Shown: positions 48,701 to 60,000 of the stretch, in pieces
Numbering within the stretch: position 1 is the first letter of the stretch
How the letters are laid out: the number at the start of each line of letters is the position of its first letter
Source of the DNA: Lytechinus pictus
Lineage: Eukaryota
Direction of reading: 5' to 3'
NCBI RefSeq assembly: GCF_037042905.1
Contig: NC_087245.1
Location: 8,372,001-8,432,000, forward strand
DNA: 60,000 nucleotides
Program-made: the position numbers and the translations under genes
Notes under the pieces: model-generated
Database searches by the model: none
Told to the model about the DNA's origin: nothing
What the model saw: only the letters and a program-made list of their open reading frames with translations

Positions 48701-48877
48701 GAATGCCGAAAATATCACACACTGAAATGAAATTCTGATGAATAACCAGAGACGCCTGCCTCCAAGAGTCTTAATTTAGAAGAAAGGATATAGTTTCATC
48801 TTACCCATTTTCACACGAAGGCATGCAAAACTAGCAAAGACGAAGACGAGGATGAAAAATACCGTGTTGTAAGGCAT
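44003..48877 (-). CDS. Gene C: ~359-aa secreted protein with an EGF-like domain and a divergent C-type lectin-like domain
   Basis: Exons 48805-48877 (signal peptide MPYNTVFFILVFVFASFAC), 48059-48250, 47181-47282, 46625-46690, 46111-46170, 45778-45828, 45464-45511, 44608-44958, 44003-44139; all introns phase 1; total 1080 nt, open to TAA. Confidence 0.8.
44608..44958 (-). CDS. Gene C CTLD main exon
   Basis: 351 nt, phase 1-1, inside track ORF 44585..45058; VTKKKADRMC, PTSERMLQTIVDAL and YIWLWL resemble CTLD helix 1, helix 2 and the WIGL motif; the acceptor (AAG) is weak. Confidence 0.75.
45694..45749. repeat. (TA)n microsatellite
   Basis: Direct inspection. Confidence 0.95.
47181..47282 (-). 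CDS. Gene C EGF-like domain exon (DCLKKPCKHGWCEEIFIGFTCHCQPGYSGDYCEK)
   Basis: Six-Cys EGF spacing with CxCxxGYxGxxC; 102 nt, phase 1-1. Confidence 0.9.
48059..48250 (-). CDS. Gene C N-terminal 4-Cys module exon
   Basis: 192 nt, phase 1-1, inside track ORF 47976..48308. Confidence 0.75.
48805..48877 (-). CDS. Gene C signal-peptide exon
   Basis: cag|ATG start, hydrophobic core, G|gtaaga donor. Confidence 0.8.
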
Positions 48878-49997
48878 CTGAAAATATTATAAATAATAAT
48901 AAGAGCAAAGAAGAACTCTCCCATTAGACAAAAGAAAATCGTAATATAAGTGGAAAAATAATCCACTCATCCTGCTACCTCCACCTCTTGCTTTATATAG
49001 GCGGATACTATAGGAATCCAAATCATAACTGGTACTCAAAATAAATCTCCAATATTTCGTAGGCCTACTTTTTGTACGTGTGTTTAAACAAAACTTTTCT
49101 ATTCACACTGACAGCATAAACGTTTGCAGGAAAGACTCGCTCTAAAAAATAGTTTGTACTGATCACGCGCACCATCATGAAATTTCGAGACTAACATATT
49201 CGGGTACCCATTTACTACACCTGGGTGGAGAGTTGTAAACGTAGATAATCGCCTTACCAAATAAATCAAATTAGAAATATAATATAAATGTAGATAATCG
49301 CCTTACCAAATAAATCAAATAGGAAATATAGTACTTACCATTTAATTTCAATAGTTTGATATTCAAGAAACAAAAGTTGTGTCCAAACAATAGACTCGAA
49401 GAATTGTAAATCAATCTCACTGGCCGCCCTCCTTGAACCGTTCTTCATGCAGTCAATAGCAAATGAGAATCTCCATTCAAAAGGAAAAGTGAATAAATAT
49501 GTTTAAACAGAACATGTATATGTTAATTATGGAGGCAGAAAACCTGCTGCTGTCCTAGGTCTTTTAAAGTGGAGACGCACTGTTGCCTGCGTTGGTAGTA
49601 GGCCTATAGGTTTTTTTTCTTTCTACTTTTTTAAAAGAAGGATAGCATAAATCGTGTATGCGTGAGTAGTGCAGGGGCCCTGTAGTTTTCTCAGGGGTCG
49701 GAGAGGTGGTTGTAGAAAGTGTGAAGTTAAAATTACATTGCATTTTTATCATGTATACGCTCGCCGTAGCAATTAGAACGTATCTGTGTCGTACAACGAT
49801 TCTCCTTTTGGTCGTGCGACAGGCTGCAACAGGCATCAATCGCTAGTCATCTCATAAGATCGCACAGAGGCTTTTACAGTTGCAACAGCTGTCGTACAAC
49901 AAAAACAACCAGGAAACCCCGTTGCACGAGTAAGTCGCATATGCTCTTATTGTGCTCGTGCGATCACACGCGAGTGTTGCACGAGGGATTGCGAGTG

Positions 49998-50872
49998 GAA
50001 CGGTCGCATACATGCGAATGAAACGGTAGTGCAATGTTGTAAGCCGTTGCGATCGGTCTTGCAACAGTCTTATGGCCCATATTATTATCGCAACCAGTCG
50101 CAAGACAGGTCTCTGTACATGTAGGTCGCTTGCACATATGCAAGTGTTGCACGACCTCCAGTCAAGTAAATGCGACTACTGTTGTGCCACCTCTCGCACC
50201 AAGTCGTACAACGTTGAATAACACTCGCAAGATGATCGCCCGACCGATGGTACGACCCCGGGTACGGCCTGATGCGAGTGAATCGATCGTATTTTATCGC
50301 GTTCGGATTTTGAACATGTTCAAAGTTCAGATGTGACCAGTCACGACCACCTCGAGTTCGTGCGACCGTCTACAACGACTGCGAGTGCTCGCAAGACACC
50401 AAGAGATCGATCGTGCAACAACAAGAAAAAACTGTTGCAGGCGGTCGTAAACTGGTCGGACGTCAATTGTGAAAGGGGCTGAACGGTCGCATACATGCGA
50501 ATGCAACGGTAGTGGAATGTAGTAAGCCGTAATTTCGATCGGTCTTGCAACAGTCTCATATTATCGCACCCAGTCGCAAGACTGGTCTCTGTAGGTCTCC
50601 AGCACATGTGCAAGTGTTGTACGACCTCCAGTCGACTAAATGCGACTATACTTAGTTGTGCCACCTCTCGCACCAAGTCGTACAACGTTGAACAACACTC
50701 ACACGATGATCGCCCGACCAGTCACGATCACCTCCGACCACCTCGAGTTTGTGCGATCGTCTACAACGACTGCGAGTGCTCGCAAGACACCAAGGGATCG
50801 ATCGTGCAACAACAAGAAAAAACTGTTGCAGGTGGTCGTAAACAGGTCGTACGTCAATTGTGAAAGGGGCTT
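49998..50872. mobile_element. Internally duplicated Harbinger-like repeat (copies 49998-50480 and 50481-50872)
   Basis: Both copies start gaacggtcgcatacatgcgaatg and end cgtcaattgtgaaaggggct (TIR-like). Confidence 0.65.
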
Positions 50873-51160
50873 AACGAACACCACGATTGGCCTTTCGTAA
50901 ATGCTCGCGAAAACTTGTGTACCATTCAAAATTTGTCAACGATCAATACGATTGCCACGATCTGAGATACGATCTCTTGCGATCACTACAATCACTCCAC
51001 GATTAAGACCCTCGCTTCAATCGTAAATTGTAAATCGTGACAGTGGCAATTATGTATGAGCAAATTGATACGCATGACATCCGGGATTTGAATAACATCA
51101 AAATACATCCGTGCGGCAGCCGTGCCCATGACCTGCAACATATGTGGCCGTAGATATTTA

Positions 51161-51946
51161 AAGCCCCCTCACACCTGACCGAATGTAGGCGGACGAAGGG
51201 TGACGAATGGGAAAATGCACGAAATGCACGCATATTCAATGAATTCAAATAAAATTTCCGTCAAATCATGCGATCAGTAATACCTTGGTCACATTTGCTC
51301 TACGGCGGCCGTACGGCGAGTCGAAAACAGTCGTTTTATTCATTTTTATTCAAACCACCGATATGTAGCTGGTACAAAAATGTTAAAACGGCTGTTTTCG
51401 ACTCGCCGTACGGCCGCCGTAGAACAAATGTGACCAAGGTATAACTATTGTCAAATTTTATCAACGAACAGTAAGCGAAGGATAAATATGACATGCGAAA
51501 GATATCGATTTTTCGGTTCAATTGCAGCCGAAGGCGAGCGAATGGTTGACAGTGAGCAATGGTTTGAATGGCGTGCGATTACAAACGAAGACGAGGGAAG
51601 AGATCGGGCGTTCTTGTACGTTTGTGTCATCGTGGTTCTTTCGAGATCGGTCCACTTTGGCAAAAGCACGAGGGACTATGCGCGACAATAACACACGAAC
51701 GATTACCGCAGACTAATTCAAACAGATTACCAACGATTTTTCAATTCGTCGGGAAATTTTAAACATGTTCAAAATTCCGCGCGAATTTGAATAATCACAG
51801 CTGCTAGTTCAGAAAGTGTACGAACCCAAACACGAAGGGTCACTGATTTACTATCAGTTACCATTGAAAACCATTTTTTTTAATGCCCTTCGGCCAGCCA
51901 TCGCAAGGCATATTTCAGGCAATTCGGTTAGGTGTGAGGGGGCCTT
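51161..51946. mobile_element. Harbinger-like non-autonomous element hosting a nested MITE
   Basis: TIR GCCCCCTCACACCTGACCGAA / TTCGGTTAGGTGTGAGGGGGC with TTA/TAA flanks. Confidence 0.75.
51281..51441. mobile_element. Nested 161-bp hairpin MITE (Harbinger-like)
   Basis: ~58-bp near-perfect TIR TACCTTGGTCACATTTG...; TSD TAA. Confidence 0.85.
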
Positions 51947-54430
51947 TAAATCTGACCCTATACTTATCATTGGTCGTTGATGTCGGCAACGGTATATATT
52001 AATTGGACATAGGAGTAAGAATTTTTAACGGCTTAATTGCAACCCATCGGGGTCTGTCCATGGAAGTGCTCACCGCTGGCTGCAAACGACTCTGAGCAAA
52101 TGTCTAATAACGGGATCACGTCCAGTTACCAGTGGCCTAATTAGCAAAAACTGAGGGGCAGGCATGACATGGCATATTTGGAGAAAAAAAATTCTATAGA
52201 GTTTCGTTTCGAGCGAGCTAGAAGGTTAGCCTTTTAAAGATGAAAATAAACTTTCGTGAGTGTTTGGCATAAATAAAAACAAACGATATGATATTTTACA
52301 TTTTTTGCGTTTGTTCTTTTCTCTTCATTGATCGCGGAACTTTCAAGTTCCCCCCTCCCAATTGTACGCGAAGTTGTTATAGGATTACACATGTCTGAGT
52401 TTTCCTTTTGATCTCTAGTACCCTACTTCATTTATTTGAAAAAATCTTCAGACAAACGTTGATCGCTGGACTTGTAGCACACAATCGACGTGCATCTTGG
52501 TAATGACATGAAACTGATGTCTAGCGCCCGGTCTTGCGCAAATCAGCTTTCCACAATTTGTATTCGTTTCCGTCGTGCTTCTGTTGCATGTAAGAAGTTG
52601 ATCAGACCGATAGGTATCGGTCAAACACGTCTGTTTTATTTGCCGTGCAGCCTTTGGAGTGCTTTTGTGGCGGAGAGAGAATCGCTGAAGTTTGCCCCTG
52701 CAAAGGCATGGTCTTGGTACAAATCCAGGATGTTCACCTCAAGGGACCAAGCACATTTTGTAGTCGAAATTAAAATTATAAGTAGTGGCATCACTAGGAT
52801 TTTAAAATAGGGGGCAAGTGGGGGAGGGCAAAAGAATGTGACCGAAGGAGTTGGAATGTCCTCCCTCCTTGGTGCCGCCACTGATCAGGGCCCCGTATGT
52901 CCTCTAAAATCAAAGACAAGTCGACCGGTTGTGGAAATGTACGGAATGTCTGACCTATAGGTAGCCTGTTATTAATTTTTTCCTTTTTGAAAGTAGAACC
53001 CTGTATATTATGAGCCATCCTCCGCAAACAAACCTACACACAGGTTACCTGACCAGGCTGATAGGCTTCACTCTCCGTTCTGATTAGTTATCACCCTTTA
53101 CCAAGAGATCTAACTATGTGCAGAAATGACAGATTGGTGAAGCCTGATAATTTATGTGAATCCTGAATAGATTGTTCGCAAAGGCCTTGGGAAGCGGGTG
53201 TGCTGGGGCTGAAGCACCCCCCCCCCCCTCAAAAAAATCCTTGGGGTGCTGCGTGTATTATTATCCATATACAGCACCCCTGGAAATGTGCTAGGTATAA
53301 TAAAAGGTAGAAATGTAATAAAAATGAATGAGATTTTGTAGGAAACCGATTTTTTTGTTGCTCGTCAAATTTCTTTGGACCGAAACCACCTTCATCTTGG
53401 ATTGAAACTTTTTTTTTGCTTGTCTGGACCGAAACCACTTCATTTTGGATTGAAAACCATTTTTTTTGCTTGTCCAATTCACTTCAGCACCTCTACTCAA
53501 ATAATCGTTCCCAGTGCTCTGTTCGATATCGAAGATTTTAGCAGCATCGGATATCGATAATTCATATCTCCGTGCGAAATATTCTCTTTAAAGATATTCG
53601 AGGCAAATGGCCATGTATAGTGAAAAAGAATCGTGAGATGACGAAGGTTTCTGAAGTAGGCCAAAGGGATGATTGACAACACTTATTACAAATTAGTCCA
53701 TCACTGCCGACGTTTTTACGAGTGGTAAAGGGCAAAAAAGTAATCCACTCGTGGATTGGAGGGGGGTGTTTGGTTTTAACTTCATGCATATCTGTTTATA
53801 TAGAATAGGCCTATAAATTTATTTTTAAAAAATACAATTAAAAAAATCCCTTTACAAAGATTTCTCAAAAATTTTCGTTTATAAAGCATCTAATTTAGAT
53901 ACATAAAATGAAATAATCCCATCTGAAAAATTGTACATATAAAGTTAAGAACAAGTTGTGTATCTCATAAAACACATTTAACAATGCGGGCTCGAAGCAC
54001 CAGCTTTTTTTTTTATTTGACATAAAGCAGAACATTCTAGGTAGTATGCAAAAAATAATTTACGAGCGTCAAGCGCGAGCTGAAATTCAAACCTTAAAAA
54101 TCGACAAATCTTACTCACTTTTGTAATCATGAATAGGATACGAATTATTTTCCTAAATAATGAACATTCTGAAAAATACTAACCGAAAAGGGAACTTTTT
54201 AATAATTATAGGAAAATTACGAAGCGCGAGTTGATTTTATTTTGGCGATTTAGACCTAAAAGTCGGGATATTCTAATCACTTTTTTGATATCGTGAAAAG
54301 GATGCAAATCTAACTAAAATAACCAATGCTAATGCAAAGCACGAGCAGAATACATTATTTTGATATACTGACCTGAAGAGGGGCAATTTAAAACTCATTT
54401 GTGCGAATTCGTGAAAAGCAAAGCACGCGC

Positions 54431-54631
54431 CAGTAGCATATGCAGGGGAGGGTGGTTACAGGGGTTCAACCCCCCTTAAATATTTTTATACCCAACCCCC
54501 CCCCGTAGGAATTCAACCCCCCTAAAAAAAATTGGAAGGCCTTTTTCTTTTTGCTTTTCAATATTTTTTTGAATAGGAAACGACCTATAATTTTGGGTTG
54601 TCAATATTCAAAAATCATGCGTACGCTACTG
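54431..54631. mobile_element. hAT-like MITE nested in a GCGCGAGC-repeat element
   Basis: CAGTAGCATATGCA...TGCGTACGCTACTG; TSD GCACGCGC/GCGAGCGC (6/8). Confidence 0.6.
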
Positions 54632-55005
54632 GCGAGCGCGTAGCGAAAACTTAATATTTTTTATATTCAGCATTTTTTGTATAATCATGATCAATATGAA
54701 AAATAATGAAATATTGTGCATATCGCTTTGAAAACGGGATACTTTACGCCCCATATGTTATACTCTTGAGCAGTTTAGATTATTGTCTCATGCAACAAAG
54801 AAATGCGAATGCGAAACGCGAGGGAAATTTTGAGTTTTATACAATGGCCTTTCCGTCTATTTTGTATTTTTCTGCAATCATTGCCCTCCCTTGTCTAATT
54901 CAATTTTCTTCCTTCTCCTGTCCTTTTTATTCTCTCATCTCCCTTTTCCCCTAATAGGCAGCTTCGGCCCCCTTGATCCGCCTGCAGGCTTCCTGTCTCT
55001 AAAAC

Positions 55006-55025
55006 CATGGACCTATAGGTCCATG
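55006..55025. mobile_element. 20-bp perfect palindromic micro-insert with a 7-bp TSD
   Basis: CTAAAAC|CATGGACCTATAGGTCCATG|CTAAAAC. Confidence 0.75.
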
Positions 55026-55040
55026 CTAAAACTTAGCCAC

Positions 55041-55293
55041 CAGTGGCGTAATGAGCCAATAAAATTAGGTGGCTAGATATGGCGGATCGAATAGCGTTTC
55101 CAAAAAGTTGCGAGCGAGCAAAAAATTTCGACATGTTATTACAAAAATCAAATTCTGTGATAGATTTTGACACAATATTCAGAAAATGATTATCATATAG
55201 CCCCTTCTCTCTTTCCTTTTCTATTTTTTATACTTGAACGTGATTTTTTTTTTAGGGGGGGGGGGGCAAGAGCCTCCCCCATCTTCGCCATTG
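55041..55293. mobile_element. hAT-like MITE
   Basis: CAGTGGCGTAA...TTCGCCATTG; TSD TTAGCCAC/ACAGCCAC (6/8). Confidence 0.6.
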
Positions 55294-56461
55294 ACAGCCA
55301 CAATTACCATGATTACCTCTTTAACTCACATAAACACACACTCACCCTCTCTTATACGCTTATAAAGAGACACACATTCCCTCTTTCCGTTCTCTCTCAC
55401 AAGCACGCACACAAGTATGGTCCGCCACTCTACTCTTTTACTCATCCATTCATTCATTATAGTAATGTAAGATCCAATGACAGCCGTCATGGCAACCGCG
55501 ACAAGCATGAGTCAAGTAGAATGAAACCAAGGGTTACAATGATATGATTATGATGATACTATTAATTTTAATACATTCTCACAATCCTCGTGTTTTGAGA
55601 TTGATTTTGCTGCTGCCCAAGATGTTTATCAGTATATTTAAAATAATGATAATAATGATACCAATAATGATGATAATGATACTAATGTAGAGACTGTCAG
55701 TTGTAAACATGGTCATCGAAATAAATGAGAATTAAAAAAATATTGAGGTTCATAATTTATTTTATAAACATTATTCATTGTATATGTTTAAGAAGGTCAA
55801 GAGACTTGCGATTGTTTTCTTTTACGATCTTAGACAAGCTTTAATTTTCTAGAGACTTGCACATGAACAAATCGATTATCCCCGAGGAAGAAGGTGCACC
55901 AAATCCCAAGATCCATGGGCCTAAATTTTGTTGAAGTAATGGACGTTGTTCTTTGTTTTCCTTTTACGTACTTGTCAGTCTTTTCATCTATTACATTAAT
56001 TGTGTTTTTTTTTAATCACTTTTTATTCAATGTCTTTTAAAAATTCGGTTTTATTGCATTTCTTGAGCCTCATTGTCTTGTCAACCAAGTTTGAACATTG
56101 TCATTCAGATCATATGGTGAGTTGACCGATTCGTAAAATCTTCAAACAGATAATTGCTTTCATAATAATAATCATAAAAAGCCCCATAAGGAGTGTAAAC
56201 CGAATGAGCGTAACTGAAGACGTCATTCCTTGCAATAATAAGAGAATAGGAGAGCCTTATACAGAAAGTGTGACTACCGCGTTTCGTAACAAGGCTTATT
56301 CACATTTGAATTGGATTTGTAGTGGATCGAAAACCTTAGATAAAAAAACGCCAAAGGATCTTCTGTAGCAGCTTCACAATGACCGTCAAAGGAAAACGGG
56401 AAACTGTGTGAGCTTTTATGTTTTTAGGATCGATGAAACTTCCATTTTTGTTTGGAAACGA

Positions 56462-59278
56462 CTATCTTTCAAACTTTCCGAACATGACCTTTTCGAGTCC
56501 CATGAAGGGTCCTTCCACAAGGAGAGAGAGGATGAGAGCAGCCACGAAGGAAAATACAGCGTTTCCAACGTACAGGTATGCCTGCAAGGGAGATAACATT
56601 TAAAAGAGAAATGAAATATCTTCTTCTTTATGAGGTAAGTTAAACGAAAACCTAAATAATATCATCATAATTGTAAAAGATCACACATACACATTGGATT
56701 TAGGTTAAATCATAATCATACTTACTATTGTGACGTAGGTGAAATGGAAGAGTGTTTGTTGGGTTAAGAGAACACTATACATAACGACGGGATGGATCAA
56801 AAAGGCACAGTAGCTAAGACGAGCAAGGGGTATCCAGAAAGACCATTCTAAGAGCGCTCCAACAGGACCTGCGGTAGATATAGTCAGAGGATAGAGAAAA
56901 TGGATGTGCATTATGAACGGGAACATGGGGCAAGAAGGCAGGAAAAGAATACTGTGAGGAAATCAATTAATACGCAAGGGTCATGATGGATGGGATTCGA
57001 ACTAATGACCCATTGTTTCAAAGGCGAATGCCAGAACCACTAGACCAAAAACTCTTCGCATTTGGATTACTCTTAATTAACCTTATTAGATTTACCTCCA
57101 TATCCATGCAGTGAAGCGAATATGATCCAGCATATAGCCACTCCCCAACCGAGGCGGTAGAAGGTAAAGTATATTGCCGACTCGATCTGGGGTACGTAGC
57201 GGTAAGCGCCGGACCAAACACCGTAGACGACAGCGAACAATGAGGCAAGGGCCAGTATCCATCCAATTACTGCAATATACTGAGAGAAAGAGGTGAGCGA
57301 AATAATAAGCGAGTATCACATCAGTCCTTTCACTTAGATAATCGTATGAGCAGATGGGGAACTAATGACAGTGCACACGATAAAGCCTTTTACAATTTTT
57401 ACATCAATCTAAAGATGAAAATTTTGGATAACTATACACATTATCAATAATTTAGTACAAGGATATAAATAGATGGTAGCAAAACCAAGAAAGTTAACAT
57501 TGCTTATTACGTTTTAACAATTACGTGTTTATGTGTGTCCCTCATCACTTAAAAACAAACAGAGACACAGTTCGAGATAATGATAATTATGAGTGATGTC
57601 GTCAACAATGTCTAAATGATGATAAAACAATTATTCTCAGTAAATTGTACGTCCACCTCAAGAGTTGGAGATGCGCTTGAAACTTAATAGTGAAACGGTG
57701 TTTGCAAACATTATGGTAACGAAATTATGAGAGTGACTTACCACTGGCATTTTAACTTTCTTTCCTTTAAGTTTAAACATAAAATAGCCTAAAACCAAGC
57801 CTGCTAGGTAAGTGGGTATCCTTGTATAAGGTTTGGTGTAAACAGTGTCGGCATTTGGAGGATCTGGATTGTTGTCATTGTAGGAACTGCAAGAAACAGA
57901 TTTGGGAAGACGGAAATCTTATATATGTTGTGACCGCTTCCCCAACATCCCTCAACATAAATTAAGTTGACAGATGAGCAATGAAGTGCAGAAAAAAGAT
58001 TATGGATTTTGTTGTGCCCTCGTTGAGTCCTAAGCTCCTGAGAATGGAGGGAGCTAGTCCCACTTCCATAGCTTTTATATAAAACTGAGATCAAGTAAAA
58101 CTTCGAGAAATCAATAAAAATTCTGTTCAAATCGGGTAAAAAATCACACTTTGTTTCCTTTAAGTTTATTAACTATTTATTTTTGTAGGATATCCACTTG
58201 TCGCATCATCGTCCATGATATCAAAATAATGTGTTCACGATTAGGGGAGCGATTTCCCTCCTCTGTGTAGCTTAATTTGCATCAGCGTTGAAATTGTAAT
58301 AACATTATCGGTGATATTATTATAATAATATAGAGTTTAAGAAATTAAAGGTTCTTCACGAACTATGAAGATTGGATTTCTATTGATTTTACATACAATA
58401 ATGTGAACTTACGGTTGAGCATTCGTGGTGTATCCATAATACCAGGTGATTCCAAAAAGCGACCCAAGAGACACTACAAACAGAGATGTAACAAGTACGG
58501 CACCTGCTCTCGCATTCCTAAAGTCGATATGACACAACAATAAGTAAATGTTGATTTATAGAAAATAAGGAAGGGTCACCCCCCTCCGGTTTGCAAAACT
58601 AAAGCTTTGTATATATACATCTTAATCACTCACATGCTTTGGCTGAGCAAACTATTAAATATTAAATGAAAACTGATTCATATCAATCGAGTAAATAAAC
58701 AATGCGAGTAATCCAACCAATCACAGTTTGAATGGAGTGTAACACAAATGAGGTTACATAACCTTGAAACTTTATACTCCACAGACTGCGTCAAATTCTA
58801 GGAGACAAGCAATAATCGGAGAAATCACTTTACCCTTTAATAAATATTTTGTAAATTATTAAAATTTATCAATTATTATAGAAATCCTAAAGCTGAAACG
58901 TCATTCCTGCCTTTTGATGCATGGAAAGATACTTAGAGCTATTTCCCCCTAACATCTAGCGGGAAAAAATGCATAACTCCCCAGGTAACTGAACATTTGT
59001 TTGTTTTTTTACTTGGTAAAATGTATATATTCCGTTAAAAAGAAAAAGGTGCGTGTTTGACCAATCTTTATTGTAATGCTCAGCTGCTGAACTGGTAATT
59101 ATGTATATATATAAAACAAAACAGTACATGATGATTTCAATTTTTCAAATCAAATTCTTATTTTTCAGAAGAGTCCTATGGCGTAAGAAGAAACTTACTT
59201 GTAAAGGATGATAAGAATAATCGGACTAATGATGAAAAATTGCATGTCACAAGCAAGATACCACGACCATCCCATACA
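56462..59278 (-). CDS. Gene D (5'-incomplete): nose-resistant-to-fluoxetine-6-like / Acyl_transf_3 family multi-pass O-acyltransferase
   Basis: Six phase-consistent exons: 59199-59278 (CMGWSWYLACDMQFFIISP), 58413-58517, 57742-57886 (YTKPYTRIPTYLAGLVLG), 57096-57279, 56726-56868 (PLARLSYCAFLIHP), 56462-56581 (SLLVEGPFMGLEK...*). These motifs are hallmarks of the NRF-6/OACYL family. Confidence 0.93.
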
Positions 59279-60000
59279 CTGAGAAATAAACAAAAATAAC
59301 ACAAATTTTGCATGTATATCGTGCTTGTTATTTACACTGCAATGACATATAAAAAGAGTTACAATTAAAAATGATTTTTTTAAAAGCATGACAGCTTACT
59401 GACGAAGTCTCATCTCTTAGGAGCCCGCTTCTAATAGAATCTCGACATTAAACAGACAATTTAAGGATTACTTTACTCATTTTGTAGAACAGGATATTAG
59501 TGTATACGGTAGGCATTGCACCATAATAAAAAAGGTGGAAACTTGCACCCTTCAAATGTAACAGAAGCTTTTTTGGGTACGGCGTTTAACTTTAAATTAT
59601 TGGCACTTTTAAAGGTTGAGTGACCAATAACTTTTCAAGGATATACCTTTATCTGAAGGTGCAACTGTGCACATTTTAAACGCAAAAGTTAGTGAATCCT
59701 AAAAGGTGCAAAGTTGTATTTTCTGGTGCAAACAAGCAAAAATATGTGTATTTTGCACCCTTTTTACTTATGAGGCAGGATTGTACCCAGGAAGGTCAGT
59801 GTTGCATTTACGTTGTAAACTTTTTTTCTTAGTGTGTATGATTAAAATAAATTGTTGTGGAAAACGGGTAGTTACGTTGTCAAAGAACTTGTGTTTGCTT
59901 GCTTATCATTTCATGTAATCGCATTCGTGGTATTGTTTTTAGTGTAATTACTTGTCAGGTAAACATGTAAAACAAAATAAGGAAAAATATTTTTTTATAT

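Noticed and set aside
49564..51762. Cluster of overlapping short ORFs
   Set aside because: They fall mostly within GC-richer Harbinger-like repeats and show no transposase or other domain motifs

Overview
This is AT-rich, intron-containing eukaryotic DNA. The repeat content suggests an invertebrate deuterostome such as a sea urchin, which is inference only. Four spliced genes can be rebuilt by hand from GT-AG junctions and intron-phase continuity. (1) A minus-strand type II membrane protein starts at ATG 25854 and runs off the left edge. It has a Tyr-motif-rich cytoplasmic tail, a TM helix, a SEA domain with an intact G/SVVV autoproteolysis motif, and Thr-rich mucin exons amplified as ~1.25-kb exon+intron cassettes. 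(2) A divergently transcribed ~205-aa type II membrane mini-mucin (34593-37712, +) has the same layout but no folded ectodomain. (3) A minus-strand ~359-aa secreted protein (44003-48877) carries a signal peptide, a Cys-rich module, an EGF domain, a Thr-rich linker and a divergent C-type-lectin-like domain. (4) The 3' six exons of an NRF-6/Acyl_transf_3-type membrane O-acyltransferase lie at 56462-59278 (-). Introns and intergenic DNA hold many non-autonomous DNA transposons (hAT-like, Kolobok-like, Tc1-like, Harbinger-like), a 5'-truncated L2/CR1-type LINE, tRNA-derived SINE heads and mini/microsatellites. Three 12-27-bp CATGGACCTAT inserts with exact 7-bp target duplications look like P-type excision footprints. 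Most ORFs in the supplied track are shadows or repeat artefacts. All gene models are manual and lack transcript support.
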